Position numbers and translations under genes: made by a program. Of a stretch of DNA of 64,000 nucleotides, positions 26,862 through 39,283 are shown piece by piece (positions within the stretch are counted from its first letter, which is position 1; every line of letters begins with the position of its first letter). Below the pieces are notes generated by a model. The model worked only from the letters and a program-made list of their open reading frames with translations. It had not been told where the DNA came from and ran no database searches. This stretch comes from Syncephalis fuscata S228 (lineage: Eukaryota > Fungi > Zoopagomycota). The stretch is from NCBI GenBank assembly GCA_025786725.1, contig JAHLTZ010000013.1:248001-312000 (forward strand), given 5' to 3'.

Positions 26862-29800
26862 ATATAATGATATATGGTAGTGTGAATCTACAGTGGTAAT
26901 GATATGTGTAGACTAAGAATATATACATACTAAATAATAAATCTATAGTAGCAAATATTTTTATTATTAATAAAACTCATCGCCCGGTTCCATGTTCAAT
27001 AGGTTGAATATCTAGTTCAATTAGGCAAATACTATTAAATGTAGTCATTTGATCATCAAGTCATACCAAATAGGTAATAAATTAATTATAAACAAACTAT
27101 ATAATATGCGATAGTTGTATCGGATGCACTTGGTTGTATTCTAATTATTCAAGTATCAATAACTTTTTAACCCAAGTAAATATAATAAGCAAATATATAA
27201 ACAACAATAATGAAGTCATTATTATAATACTATATTACTGGAATAAACACACTATACATGCTACTTATTAAAGTCTTCTATTTAAATATATGTATATAAG
27301 TCCCACCACCTCCCACTTTATTACCACCACTTCAATCAAACCAGCACATTTAGCAGATGTGTAATTACAACACCAATCACCACTTGGCGGATGAAAACCA
27401 AATGGGTATATACTTCCATTTGGAAACCCATACCAAGAGGTATTACCAGCAGCAGTACATATACTGCAACTGTGACTTCTGTCAATAAAGCAATAGTTGG
27501 TATTGTAAATTGCACGCAAAATGGTGGAACACGATGGCAAATGTATCCAGATTGCACTTGTCGTCCTGGTACCAATGGTCGAATAGCTATAACAAAAATG
27601 TGTCAGTATTATTTAGTAGTGACAATAAACAAACACTTGACCGGTCGTTGTTTATATGTTGCTTAAGATGGGCCTGTGATGTAACCATTTTTTGCTGTAA
27701 TATGTTATTAAATATTATAGACTAAAAGCGATATTAAAAGTTGTTAATCATGGCAATGATTATAGAACTATGCGTCCACCGGATGAACTGACGATACCGC
27801 CACTAGGCGCAACTATCATATGTCAGAAGCTTATAGAACTACACTAGCATTGTCAAGATGGCAATGCGGTTTAATAAGCAATACGACATACCATAACAAT
27901 TCAAGCGCATCCATAAGCACTACTAGGCTACTGGTTTACCCAGTTGTAGTTAGTGTGCAAATATGAGCACACGAATATCATAATACATTGCAATTAAACA
28001 ACGCATTGCCATACACTGATGCATTATTAAAAGGTGCAATATAACAGTTAGCCTTTACTACGTCGCAAGCGATCGTATAAACATCATCTAGCTGTCCCAC
28101 AAAACTTTCCCTAGTAAGCTCCATCAATGTTGTATTCACTAGTAAACCAGGAGTTTTGGATGATATTTAAGACTAATGTTAACTGCAATCTTCTACTAAT
28201 ACCCACAAGTAAACAGCATGGTAGTAAATATTCACTTAGCATAAGTGTTTACTTACCACATCAGTTCTAGTGTGTGGCGGTAGCATTCCGCAAGTTAAAT
28301 ACTACTCCACACCTCCAGCGCGCATTCAATACAAATGGACACTAACATATGGCTACCCATCACAGGTTGCCGCATCAACATGAGGTGGGTGTACATCAGC
28401 AATATCCAACTTGCTAAATATCGATACTGCGCACCCAGAACTTCCACATGTCTCCGCACTACGCTAGTATACAGCCACCCATTACAGGCAGCCATATAAT
28501 TGCTGAGCCAGTATAGCGCAATAGTCTGCAAATATTGTGCCATACATTCAACACAGCCCACAAGCAAGAACACAGTATATCATGATCAACCTGCAAAGGG
28601 ATCCCACGCCACTGGATGTAACTACCATACCTGATGCTTATACTGTAAACTAGTGTGGTTACAGCGCATTAACAACTAGAAACAGAAGAAGGCGGGATAG
28701 CGAGCAAAAATGGGCCCACACACCCTTATGAGCCTAATCTAAGACATGTCTATCAATTAGGATCGACAGTATTGGCAAAGAGTACGTGGTGGCTGTTTAT
28801 TGGCGTATTGCACCTAGTTGGAACATTGTGGTGCACGGATGCTATCGGATCTGTATATCGGATCATAATCCCTTCCCTCTTTCCAAACCTACTCGCTTTC
28901 GTTTTTTATTCGCTGGCCATTTCCGCGCAAGATCAATCAATTGGCCAATGCACCCAAGATTTGCCAAATGCAACCATTTTAATTGATTGTGCCGTCATAC
29001 TAGCGATTTTCCGACACTATCAAATGCGCCTGCTTTTTCAAAATGCTTGCCATTCTGCACACAATTAGGTGGATCGATATAACTGATTCTATTACTTTAT
29101 TAGTTAAATGAAATGGCTTGATTTCCTTTAAAAACGACGTGTCACATAATCTACCGATTGAGTTTTAATGCTGCTAAACAGAAATAAAATACATCTTATT
29201 TATATTGAACTATAGAGTGTAGTGAAACTGGTTAAATGAAAACAGGAATAAACACGTAGCTTTATACACTGCAAGGGCCAGTACAACGTAGCACATGCAT
29301 GCATGGCTGAATGATTATCTAAACATCTATAGACACAATAGTTGATGTCAAGCTATGATCAGAGCTGTAGTAGCAATAAACACAACGCTGAAGTGTTTGC
29401 AAACATATTGTTATCATTGCTTTATTTTACTAACAACACACTTTATGATAATGAGTAGTTTTTGGTGCTAAATGACTTTTATTTTTAATGCACTATTTAT
29501 TTACTTAGAACGTGCTCTACGATCTACCAATTTGTTAGGTAGATTGACTTTTATTATTCACATTCCGCTTGTTAATAATTTAAACGCGTCTTTATAAATA
29601 TTGGCTGATAGGATCCACAGTTCACAGCCTATGCCATTACAGTTTCCTTTCTCTTTCTTCACACTGATAGTATATACCCACTGCCTATAATTACACATAC
29701 CATATATGCCATCCAGTTAGTGCTAATGGTTGAATGCTTACTAGCTTAAGTGCAAATGCTTTTTAAACCACTTTATTTTGTATTCTCTCACGACAACATC

Positions 29801-30167
29801 TTTCTTATAGTCAGTGGCAACTGTATCGCATTTCATCGATCTTATTATGTTGCGCTACTTGTTCTGAACCGGTACTACAGACGACATTAGAGCCTGTGGT
29901 TGGTTGCTGACCAAACCTTTTATGTCTACATATTATAACGACTACATTTTAAACATGTGTTGTTTTACAAGAATATAGATAAGTAGCACGATTTCAATTG
30001 AGTTGGTATGTTTTCTGCAAACACAAAAGATGTTATGCAAATAGGCATATGCATTCTTATAATCAACTGCCTGACGATAACACAGACAGCCAATGCTATG
30101 TTGTTGTTGTTGCTATGCTGACTGGAACTATCGCATGATAATCTATCATTTTTGCTTTAAACTATTT
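26862..30167 (-). repeat. Right arm (~3.3 kb) of the long inverted repeat
   Basis: Reverse complement of 19693-23005 with scattered substitutions and 1-nt indels. Confidence 0.97.
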
Positions 30168-30505
30168 ACCCATCCATTAATTGTCGCAATTTTTAGTTAA
30201 TGTATATTTGTTTCATCAATATACTGTGTGATCAAGAAAGACATACTTTATTATCCATATCAGATGTCAAATAGTGCACACTTATACATGCTCATATTTT
30301 AATGCTAAATAGCTCACTAATATTAAATGTATATTTAATCTTTAAATCTTTACAATATTTAATAAAGCTTACTGGTTTGTACATTTTTAATTCTACCGTT
30401 AATGGCGGACTTTCAATACAAAATACTCAAAACAGCCAAATACGCTACGTCATTACACTAGTTTCTTTTCTTTTCATTCTTATTCATCGCCATCTCACCT
30501 TGCCT

Positions 30506-31612
30506 ATGTCATTATCTTTCATTTCTCGTTCTTTAAGAACAAGATTGTTGCTTGGTCCCAATTCTGGGCTATTGGTATGATAGTTGCTAGAAACTTGATA
30601 ATATTTGCTTAGCTGATAGAAATTTACAGACAGCAATTGGAACCAAACGGTTTAGCACTGCTACTCGACAAAGTCAGGCACTAATCCCATTTGTAATAGA
30701 GCAAACAGTAAGTTAATAGCATTCAAAAGCTGGCATATGTTTTTAATTAGATGGATTAACATTAGAGCCGCGGTGAACGCTCCTATGATATATTTTCTCG
30801 TTTATTGAAAGAACGAATTATTTGCCTCAATGGAGAGGTAAATTTGTTGATATTCTGTGTACACTAATGCCAATAGCGCGTATATAGGTGCACGATGGCC
30901 TGGCGTCCAGTCTAGTTGCACAGCTATTGTTTCTAGAGTCAGAAAATCCAGAGAAGCCAATCAGCATGTATATTAATAGTCCAGGAGGCAGTGTTACCGC
31001 TGGTATGGCCATTTACGATACTGTAAGTTCTTATTTTTTATATTACGACCATTAATTAACCCAATATCCCATTAGATGCAAGTAGGTTGCTTAGATTACA
31101 AATAAACAATGAAACTCAATATCATATTGCTTGTAGTATATTCAATCGCCGGTATCCACACTTTGTATAGGACAAGCATGTTCAATGGGCTCATTATTAC
31201 TAGCCGGTGGTAAGCTTAATTTATTTCATGATTAATACGCTTAAAACTAATACAATTAATTACCGAGTAGGTGCACCTGGTAAACGATTTGCTCTGCCCA
31301 ATTCCAGTATTATGCTACACCAGCCATCGGGAGGTGCATCCGGTCAAGCCAGTGATATTGCTATCCACGCACGTGAAATACTACGTGTACGTGATCGTCT
31401 AAATCAAATTTATCAATCGCACACAGGACAAGATGCCGCCACTATTGGTAAGTAGTAATTTGATATCTATTGGATAGCTAACGTATATATATATGGTGTG
31501 TACAGAAAAAACACTTGAAAGAGATTTTTTTATGACTGCAGAAGAAGCAATGAAGTTTGGTGTCATTGACAAGATATTGGAACGACGTGCTGCTACTCAA
31601 ATAATTGCTTAG
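30506..31612 (+). CDS. CLPP: Mitochondrial Clp protease proteolytic subunit, multi-exon
   Basis: [60 protein letters not shown]. Confidence 0.96.
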
Positions 31613-32102
31613 GTATTATAGATGAATAGTAAATTTGATTATCAATAAAAGCAAAATAATTTGCTACCAAGTTAGTTACTATTGATATAGATCTCAGTTT
31701 GATAAAGTGTGTGTGTGTATTGCTCCAATATGTAACATTTAACTAATAGACTGACTATCCATTTGTATTGTTATTAACGTTAATCTGGCGTTTTAAAACA
31801 ATATTTTGTATATTCATTAGAATCGAATAAAATTGTATTCATTACAAATAAATTTTTAGAAATGTTATTCTTTATTTCATATAAGAAGAACATACACCAA
31901 TATTAATAAAATAACAAAAATTAGAACCAAAAGATAGCCAGTCTAATCAATTAGTAGTTGCATTGTATTCTAATCAATACAAAAGCGCAATAATAATAAA
32001 GTAGTAATATAATAATAATAATAATAATAATATAAAATGAACAATGCAAGTAACTATGCTTAAACTAAAGCTAATACTGATTATAGACGAGCTCTTATGG
32101 CT

Positions 32103-35100
32103 CTAGTCGGAACTTGAGCTCTTCATAGGCCGTGACACTGGATCCCATTGATCAAATTGCCGCTGTAGTTGCTCAACATCACGTAATAGCACCGCATTCT
32201 TAAGTAGCCGTCGATCTTCAAGTAGTCCACGCATAATCCACGGCAAGTAGTATGGATTAAGACGCTCATCGGCCTGGAATGGTGTAAGTACCGGATCGGC
32301 TGGATGTTCCAACGACTGACCTCGTGGTGGTTCTGGATGGGCATCAAATAGCCAACGCACCGCCAATCTATAATCAATATCAACATCACGATTAGTACTA
32401 CGTATGGCTGGTAAATAGCCTAAACTTACGTGTATACTTGTAGCTCTTCATAAATGGTTGAATGGCCTTGTGTGCCACTGTACAGTGAACCGGCAATCGC
32501 TTCACTTAGATAGACAATAAGACCATGGTCGTGTATGCCATGATTACGCAAACGCAAAGCAAATGAAATAAGACTAGTAAGAAAGTCGCCCGTATAATCA
32601 ATACCATCGATGTAAATGGCCCGTAATAAAGAAGGATGCGAGAAGCCGTGCATAATACCCGAATATAACTATGATTGCCATAATTATTAATAAAATCAGT
32701 CGTATTGATCAAATAAATAAACTTACCGGCACTACTTGATCGGCCATAGATCCAACACATACCACTTTAACACCTTGTTTAAGCACCGTATGCATATCCT
32801 TACGATAGCAAACGCTAACTTCCCGTTCGGCATCCATGAAATGAAATAGTTCTCGTGCTGCATCTGCTTCAACATATCGCACAACAACATTATCTTTTAA
32901 AAAGGGGAATGGGCCATGAGAAATACCGGCCATAGCTAGTAAACAGACACGTTGCCGATCAGTGCGTACCAATCCTTCACGCAACAGTCGAGCAAGTAAC
33001 ATGGTAGAAACGGGCGTACCTTGTGAATGTGTTGTAACAAATACACAATCAGCCTCAGTAAGTGCTTGGCGCCAAGATGCACGTTCAGGGGCCATTAATG
33101 CTGCATACAACTTTTCTACTCGGTGTAATATCTTGCCTTCACCATTCAGTGGTATTAATGTAATAGCATCGGCGGCCAATTGGATTTGGTGTGTTTCATA
33201 CAAGAATTGACGCACGGCTTTTTCCATCTGTTCACAAAACTTTTCCGATGTACCTGTCGGTTCACCAAACACTATAATGATCAATATTAGTATTGGTATT
33301 GGTATTAATATTAATATGCTTTATATAATTACTTTTTTGAATAAGTTTTACTGGTACCCAGCCATGAACACCGATAATGGCCACCTTTTTAACACGAGGA
33401 CGAGTCACTTGTCGTGATGGGAATAAATAACTACTAACAGCCTCGACAGCCTGTGCTACAATACCACCACTCATTTGATTTGATCGTCGAGCCAGATCTG
33501 CTTCAAATGCCGGTAGAACATAGTTATTTGATATAGACTCAAATGTGTTAGTAACATTTTTGGATCTGTGACCTGTTGATGAAGTAGGACGTGATGGAGT
33601 TGATGACACACTACCACGACGACTTTGCTGTTGACTTGAACTGCCATTTGCCGTATTCTGATCTTTTGCATTAGATGGTTTCTTTTCCGATGATGCTGGC
33701 GATAAATCACTCTTTTCTTGTTCATTTAATGATGCTGTATCGTTATTTTTCTTTTTAGCGTCTTTTTTACTTGATGGAGCTGAAGTTGATGTTTCTACAT
33801 CAGCTTTATCCTTTTCATCATTTTTGATAAGTCGTTGTGCTTGGGCATTGGCTGTGGCAGAAGAACTGAAGAAATAAGACCAAGCCGATCGAGTAGATGG
33901 CATAGTTGATATTAGTGGATTAACAGGCACATCGTCATTACTAATGGCATGGCTAGTTGTAGATTCATTACTGTGCTTTTCTTCAGTGTGTTCAATATCA
34001 GTTGATTCAGTTGTAGAAACTGTTGGATCCAATTCTCCATACCACCATGACCACAAATAGCCCGATGATGGTTTAGCTACTTGGTTATCGTCAGCGCTTA
34101 ACACTTCTTCTTTTTGTTCTTCTACTAGCATTGCTGTTTCTTGAGCCATAGTCGCTGTTTCAGTCATGGCTGTTGCTTCTTCTACCGGTTCTGCTATAGT
34201 CTCTGGTGCTGTTCTCCAAGTAAAGAACCATGATGATCTCGATTGATTAGGATGATTGCCATCATCACTGTTATTGTTATTGCCATGCCCATTAGCATGC
34301 TTATAAGTTGTAGATGCTGAAAAAGACTCGGTATTAACTTCAGCCATCGTTTCTGTGTCTACTTCTTTCTTTAATGGTAAAATAGATTCATTTTCACTCT
34401 CTTTTTCTTTCTCTGGTTCTTCTTCAATTGTTGGAACAGACTCTGGTGCATTCCAGTAGTTAAATGGCCACCAACTACCTGAAGCAGCCGCCATTACCTC
34501 ATCGTTATTGTTGCTATTATTTTCATAAAGTGTTGTTGATGTATTTGCTAGTTCAGATACCGTTGCATCTACACTTGATGCAACAGATGGCATCACTACT
34601 GATTCAGCAGTAGTTGTTTGTTGTTCTTCATCAATAGTTGTTTGTTGTTCTTCAGCTGTATAATATCCAAACCACCAACTGGATCGTTGAGAGGAAGGTG
34701 CAGCAATTGCATCACTTTTAGATGTAGATATCTCTTCTTTGTTTGTTACATCTATTGAAGCATCATGTTGGCTGGTTGTTTGAATAGCGGTTGGCTCATT
34801 AGTAGTAGTAGTGTTAGTGACTTCTTCTTGTACAGTAGTCGATTCATAATCACCACCATAAAACCACCAGCTTTTTCGATGTTCATTCTTTGTTTCTGAA
34901 GTGTTAGATGATTTGTTTAATGCAGTCGAATAGTTATTTGAAGAAGTAATAGGCATAGTAGCACTTCTTTCACATTGTAATCCTTTTGGATGATATTTAT
35001 CATCGATATTCATATCACTACTGCCTTCAACTACATTTGAGAGTTCATTGATGCCACTCTTTTCTGTACTAGTCATTGGAAGACGTGACGTTGAAGCTGA

Positions 35101-36117
35101 TGCTTCTGATGAACAATAAAACCACCAGCCGCCACTTTCTTTGGGCTTTTCCTCTTCTGATCGCTGTTTCATATCATTTGTGGTAGTTTGTGTAGTTACA
35201 CTATGTCGCCGTTGTATTTGAGATGATTTATCTACATTATTACTAAAATTACGATTATTCTGATGATATGAAATAGCCGCCACAGTTTCAGATACTGCTT
35301 CAGCAACTGCCTTATTTGTATTATTAGTATCGTTCGCTGTCATTGTTGTTGGTGATGCAACCAGTGAAAGATGGTCTGTATCACTTTTCAACGCCAATTG
35401 AGCTGCTACCACCGATAGTTCTTTCTTGGCTATTGATGGACAGTCTTTTAGTCCACTATCCTTACTGAGTTGTTCTGATAATTGACTGGTTATTGGCGTG
35501 GCGTTAACTGTGGTGGTAGTTGCAGCGACAGTGACGTCTGCAGCCGTACCAGTTACTAAAGAGGCTGATGAACGTGATGCACGAGTGTTGTTTAAAAGAG
35601 ACCGTAAACTGCCACGCTGTGGCTGTGGTATAGTGGACTGCTCAGTATGAATTATATCTAGAGCGGCTGGATCTAGTTGGCCAGCAATGGCGGTAACAAC
35701 ACGCGCTGTACTAGCACTTGCTGTAGTCTGTTCTGTTGATGGTTCACGTACAAGACCTACTCCGCCAATACCACTACTTAGACCAATACCGTTACTGCCA
35801 AACACTACTAATGAGGCAGGTCTAGTCTTACGTGGGCTTTTTTGTCGTGCTGCAACTGATACCGGTGATCTTCTGTCTTGTTTCTCGCTATCACTGCTGT
35901 TTAATGGGTGAGCTTTACTAGACAAGGAAGTAAATGAACCGGCTCTATTATTAAGTGAGCGTCGATAGTCAATTTCACGTCCTAATGAAGAAGAGAATGA
36001 AGCAGTGACAGAGGATATGGCCGTTGAAGCCACACTAGGTCGAGTTGACTGTCTTCCAACGATTGGAATCGCCGTTGAAGGTTGTTGTGAATCCGTAACG
36101 GATTCCTCTTCTGACAT
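32103..36117 (-). CDS. YML020W-like alpha/beta-hydrolase-fold protein with ~900-aa low-complexity N-terminus
   Basis: KKVAIIGVHGW..GEPTGTSEKFC..HSQGTPV..MAGISHGPF..DQVVP..GHSTIYEE..NPYYLPWIMRGL; intron phase checked at 33332. Confidence 0.8.
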
Positions 36118-36293
36118 ATGCATTGAAATCGAAATAAGCAGACAACTATTATGATAAGTATGTTGCAGTAAACAACACTCCAGCAGACTATAAATAGCCA
36201 CCAAAATAGGTGCTATTGACTAATATATATATATATGTATATAACAAAATATAGAAAAGGAGAAAGAAAAGGGCACAATAATGTAGTGACGAG

Positions 36294-36348
36294 TTGTTAC
36301 TGTTACTGTTACTACTGTTACTACTGTTGCTGTTGTTGTTGTAGTAGT
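36294..36348. repeat. Compound microsatellite (tgttac/tgt/tag) upstream of the YML020W-like gene
   Basis: tgttactgttactgttactactgttactactgttgctgttgttgttgtagtagt. Confidence 0.8.
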
Positions 36349-36794
36349 GCTACGATGATTGCCGTAGCTACGGTTATGACTAATGACTATGTGTTTAAAG
36401 TAGTCAGACTATGCATGTCAACGTTAGATGTGGTACAGAAGCAAGTAGGTGTCTATTTGACTCATATATGCAGATGTATACTGACCTTTTATTGTGAATT
36501 GAGTCAACTAGATGACATCTGTAAGTAAAAAGAAATATCACATGGGAAAAGATGAGATGAGGAGTAGGTTGAGGTGTGTATGTGCGTGTGTATATATATA
36601 TGTGTGGATGAGTGAGTGGATTGAGTTCCTATTGCTGGTTGATAAGTGAACAGTAAAAAATAAAGGCTTATTGTTACATTTTGGTTCTTTAAATTAATTT
36701 ATTGGGGATAAAAATGTTGTATGGGGTTTTGTTTATCTTATAAAGGCATTCAGACTACTAAATATGATAATAATCTTAATAAATAAATATATAT

Positions 36795-38070
36795 TCAAAT
36801 GCAGTCCTCGGTCACATTTTCAGATAATTCGGTTGTAGTAGTCGTTGTTGGTGAGGTCAATTTACGCTGTGGAATTACTTTGAGGAAAGCCTGTTTCCAG
36901 TCACGGCAGCCACACCATTCAGTGAGAATTTCCACCACTAATTAATTTATCAATACAATAAGTTATAATTGCATTATTATACTAATTTAACAATATTTAC
37001 CATGATTCACTGTAAGTACACGTCGATGACTAGTAGCGATATAGTCGCCGATGGGTAATCGAGCTGTTCGTACGCCCAATCCTGTTGCTCGCTGATGCGT
37101 TAAATTCTATTACGTTATTATTATTATTATTATTATTTAATAAATTTGTATTTTATAATATTGACATTTACCTTGTGATGGTTTCTATCGACTAGTCCGC
37201 CAATAACATAGGCAGTGCCTGGTTCAAGTGTTTTAAGCACTGTGTCAGCATCAGCCGACAAATAGACAAGTTGATCGGCGGGAAATAGTGTAGTGTAGGA
37301 TGTAGCTTCTTGTCGATAACGCTGCCATCGATGTGCATTAGGACTTACCTGATTCATTTGTGCAGCAAGTCGCTCGCTATAGTCGGTGAGCACGAGTCCG
37401 CCGGCTGCTGCACACTTGGCAACTTTTTGTGCACTGTAGCATCGACTGATTTGCAGTGCCAACGAATGCAGCTCCTAATAGTGATGAAATTAAAAGAAAG
37501 CCATCAGAAGCAATTAATGGTGAATATCAAAATTTCGTAATGATGCTATAATATCTGTACATCTTACTCCTTTCCTACCTTATCTGTCATAAGATCGTCA
37601 TATGCACAATCAAGTACGAGAGTGATATCGATGGGTGGCATTGCATCATCAGGTGGGCGTGGATGTGAACGTCGACCAGTAGAGTGCCGTATTGTATCCC
37701 TGTGCTTATTATCGCTGTTGTCGTTGTCGTCACCGTCGTTATCGTTAAGTGTCCTTTGACGTTCACGACGAGCTAGCTTTATTTGTTTGCGTCGTTCTCG
37801 CCATAGTGGTGCAATTACCTGCTCACGTGCTTCTCTAATACGCTTCTTTAATGCATTGCGTGAGACTGGCTCTCCTGTCACGGGATCTATAGTAGCAATA
37901 CCAAGTGATTCCGCAATTTCTAACGTAGATCCCGCTCGACCCGGAAGTGGTGGGACAACAGTTGTAGTCGCAGAAGTAGGCTTTACCTCTAACTCAACTT
38001 CTTCAGCCGCGATAGTTGGTTGTTCGGTAGGCTCTACGTTTGAATCGGCAGCGCAGGTGGAATCGGTCAT
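36795..38070 (-). CDS. TRM10: tRNA (guanine-9-N1)-methyltransferase, multi-exon
   Basis: LDCAYDDLM..LVYLSADA..YVIGGLVDRNHHK..TARLPIGDYI..VLTVNHVVEIL..DWKQAFLKVIPQRK. Confidence 0.93.
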
Positions 38071-39283
38071 AATTATGGATATAAAAACAAAAAAAAACAA
38101 AAAGCGAAAGCAATTAAACTTTTACCTTTTTATTTACTCATTTCACTTCCTTTTTTAATACTTTTAGACACAATTAAACACCTATTCATTACTATAACAT
38201 ATATAATATTGCACCCAACATTAATTAATTCATGTTTAATTATCAATACAATAATGTAATTAATTAGTTATTTTATGTTTCTTTAATATATATATGTCAT
38301 TATGATATTAATTGTTCAAAATGCCATTTATTTAGTCAGATTGACTATAGAAGATGACTGTTTAATAAACAACATCTATACTAATTATATTAATATTGAT
38401 CTTACATCACAGATATGCTCAAAATGCAATAGTAGAAAATTAGAAAATAAAAGCGATCGTTTAGATGCAATAATTTACATCGTATGTAGATACAATAACA
38501 ACAAATGACATAAAATCGTAATCATATGGCTTTTATTAATATTCTATCAATCTTTCTACACATGGTCAATAACAATGATAATTAGTCTTAAATGTTCTAA
38601 AGAAACCAAATAGTATGGTATATCGTTTATTTAAATCAGTTTATTAAAAATATTTTAATAGGAAGTAATAAAGTTGCAACACTAAAGCATTTTTACTAAT
38701 TCTTTGCTCGTTTCTTTATAGTTTTTGCTAATACTTTTTTCGTTAACTAATGTAGAAACAGTCATTTTTTATATAGAATTTAATGTTGAATTTAGCATTG
38801 TAGATAAAGTTAAATTGTAATATTCACTTTGTAACTTTGTTTAGTAGTAATTTTTTGCTTATTTCATTTTTAACGCATATCTTATTAGTTTAACTGATGA
38901 GGACACTCATATAACAATAGGCAGCATAAGCAATGAATGATTATTTATCGTACTTCTCAAGCACATTGCTATAGATTTCCCTTGATTAATAACAAAGTGT
39001 TTGTTAGTTCGTAAAGTCGCTCTAAATATTTTAGCAGCATGTTTTGGCACGCGTCCATCGTTTGTAGCGTATCATTTAAACTAAACACTAATTAACATTG
39101 TTAATACACTGCATAACAAAACATATCATTGATTTTAGACATGTTAAGCTGGTTAGCTGGTTTTAAAGCAAATATTAGTAGGTATTGGATTTACAAAAGC
39201 CATTGTTGACAATCACTATAAAAATGTGATAAATTAATCTTATACTGATTTTAGCAATCAAATATAAAATAGCTATGCAAATT

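Noticed and set aside
27540-27600. TEA/ATTS or Zn-cluster transcription factor relic in the arms
   Set aside because: Only a few residues resemble such motifs and frameshifts are needed; not supportable
20794-29068. Short ORFs listed within the inverted arms as real genes
   Set aside because: Mostly non-ATG starts, overlapping frames, frames differ between arms at indels, no motifs; the mirroring only reflects the duplication
19680-30180. Canonical autonomous TIR transposon
   Set aside because: Flanks (..actgaatgaaga / acccatcc..) show no target-site duplication, no transposase is recognizable, and repeat homology runs ~200 bp past the left arm end
38890-38915. Hammerhead ribozyme core (ctgatga..)
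   Set aside because: No GAAA after the stem and no stems I/III; a similar partial match near 59200 also fails
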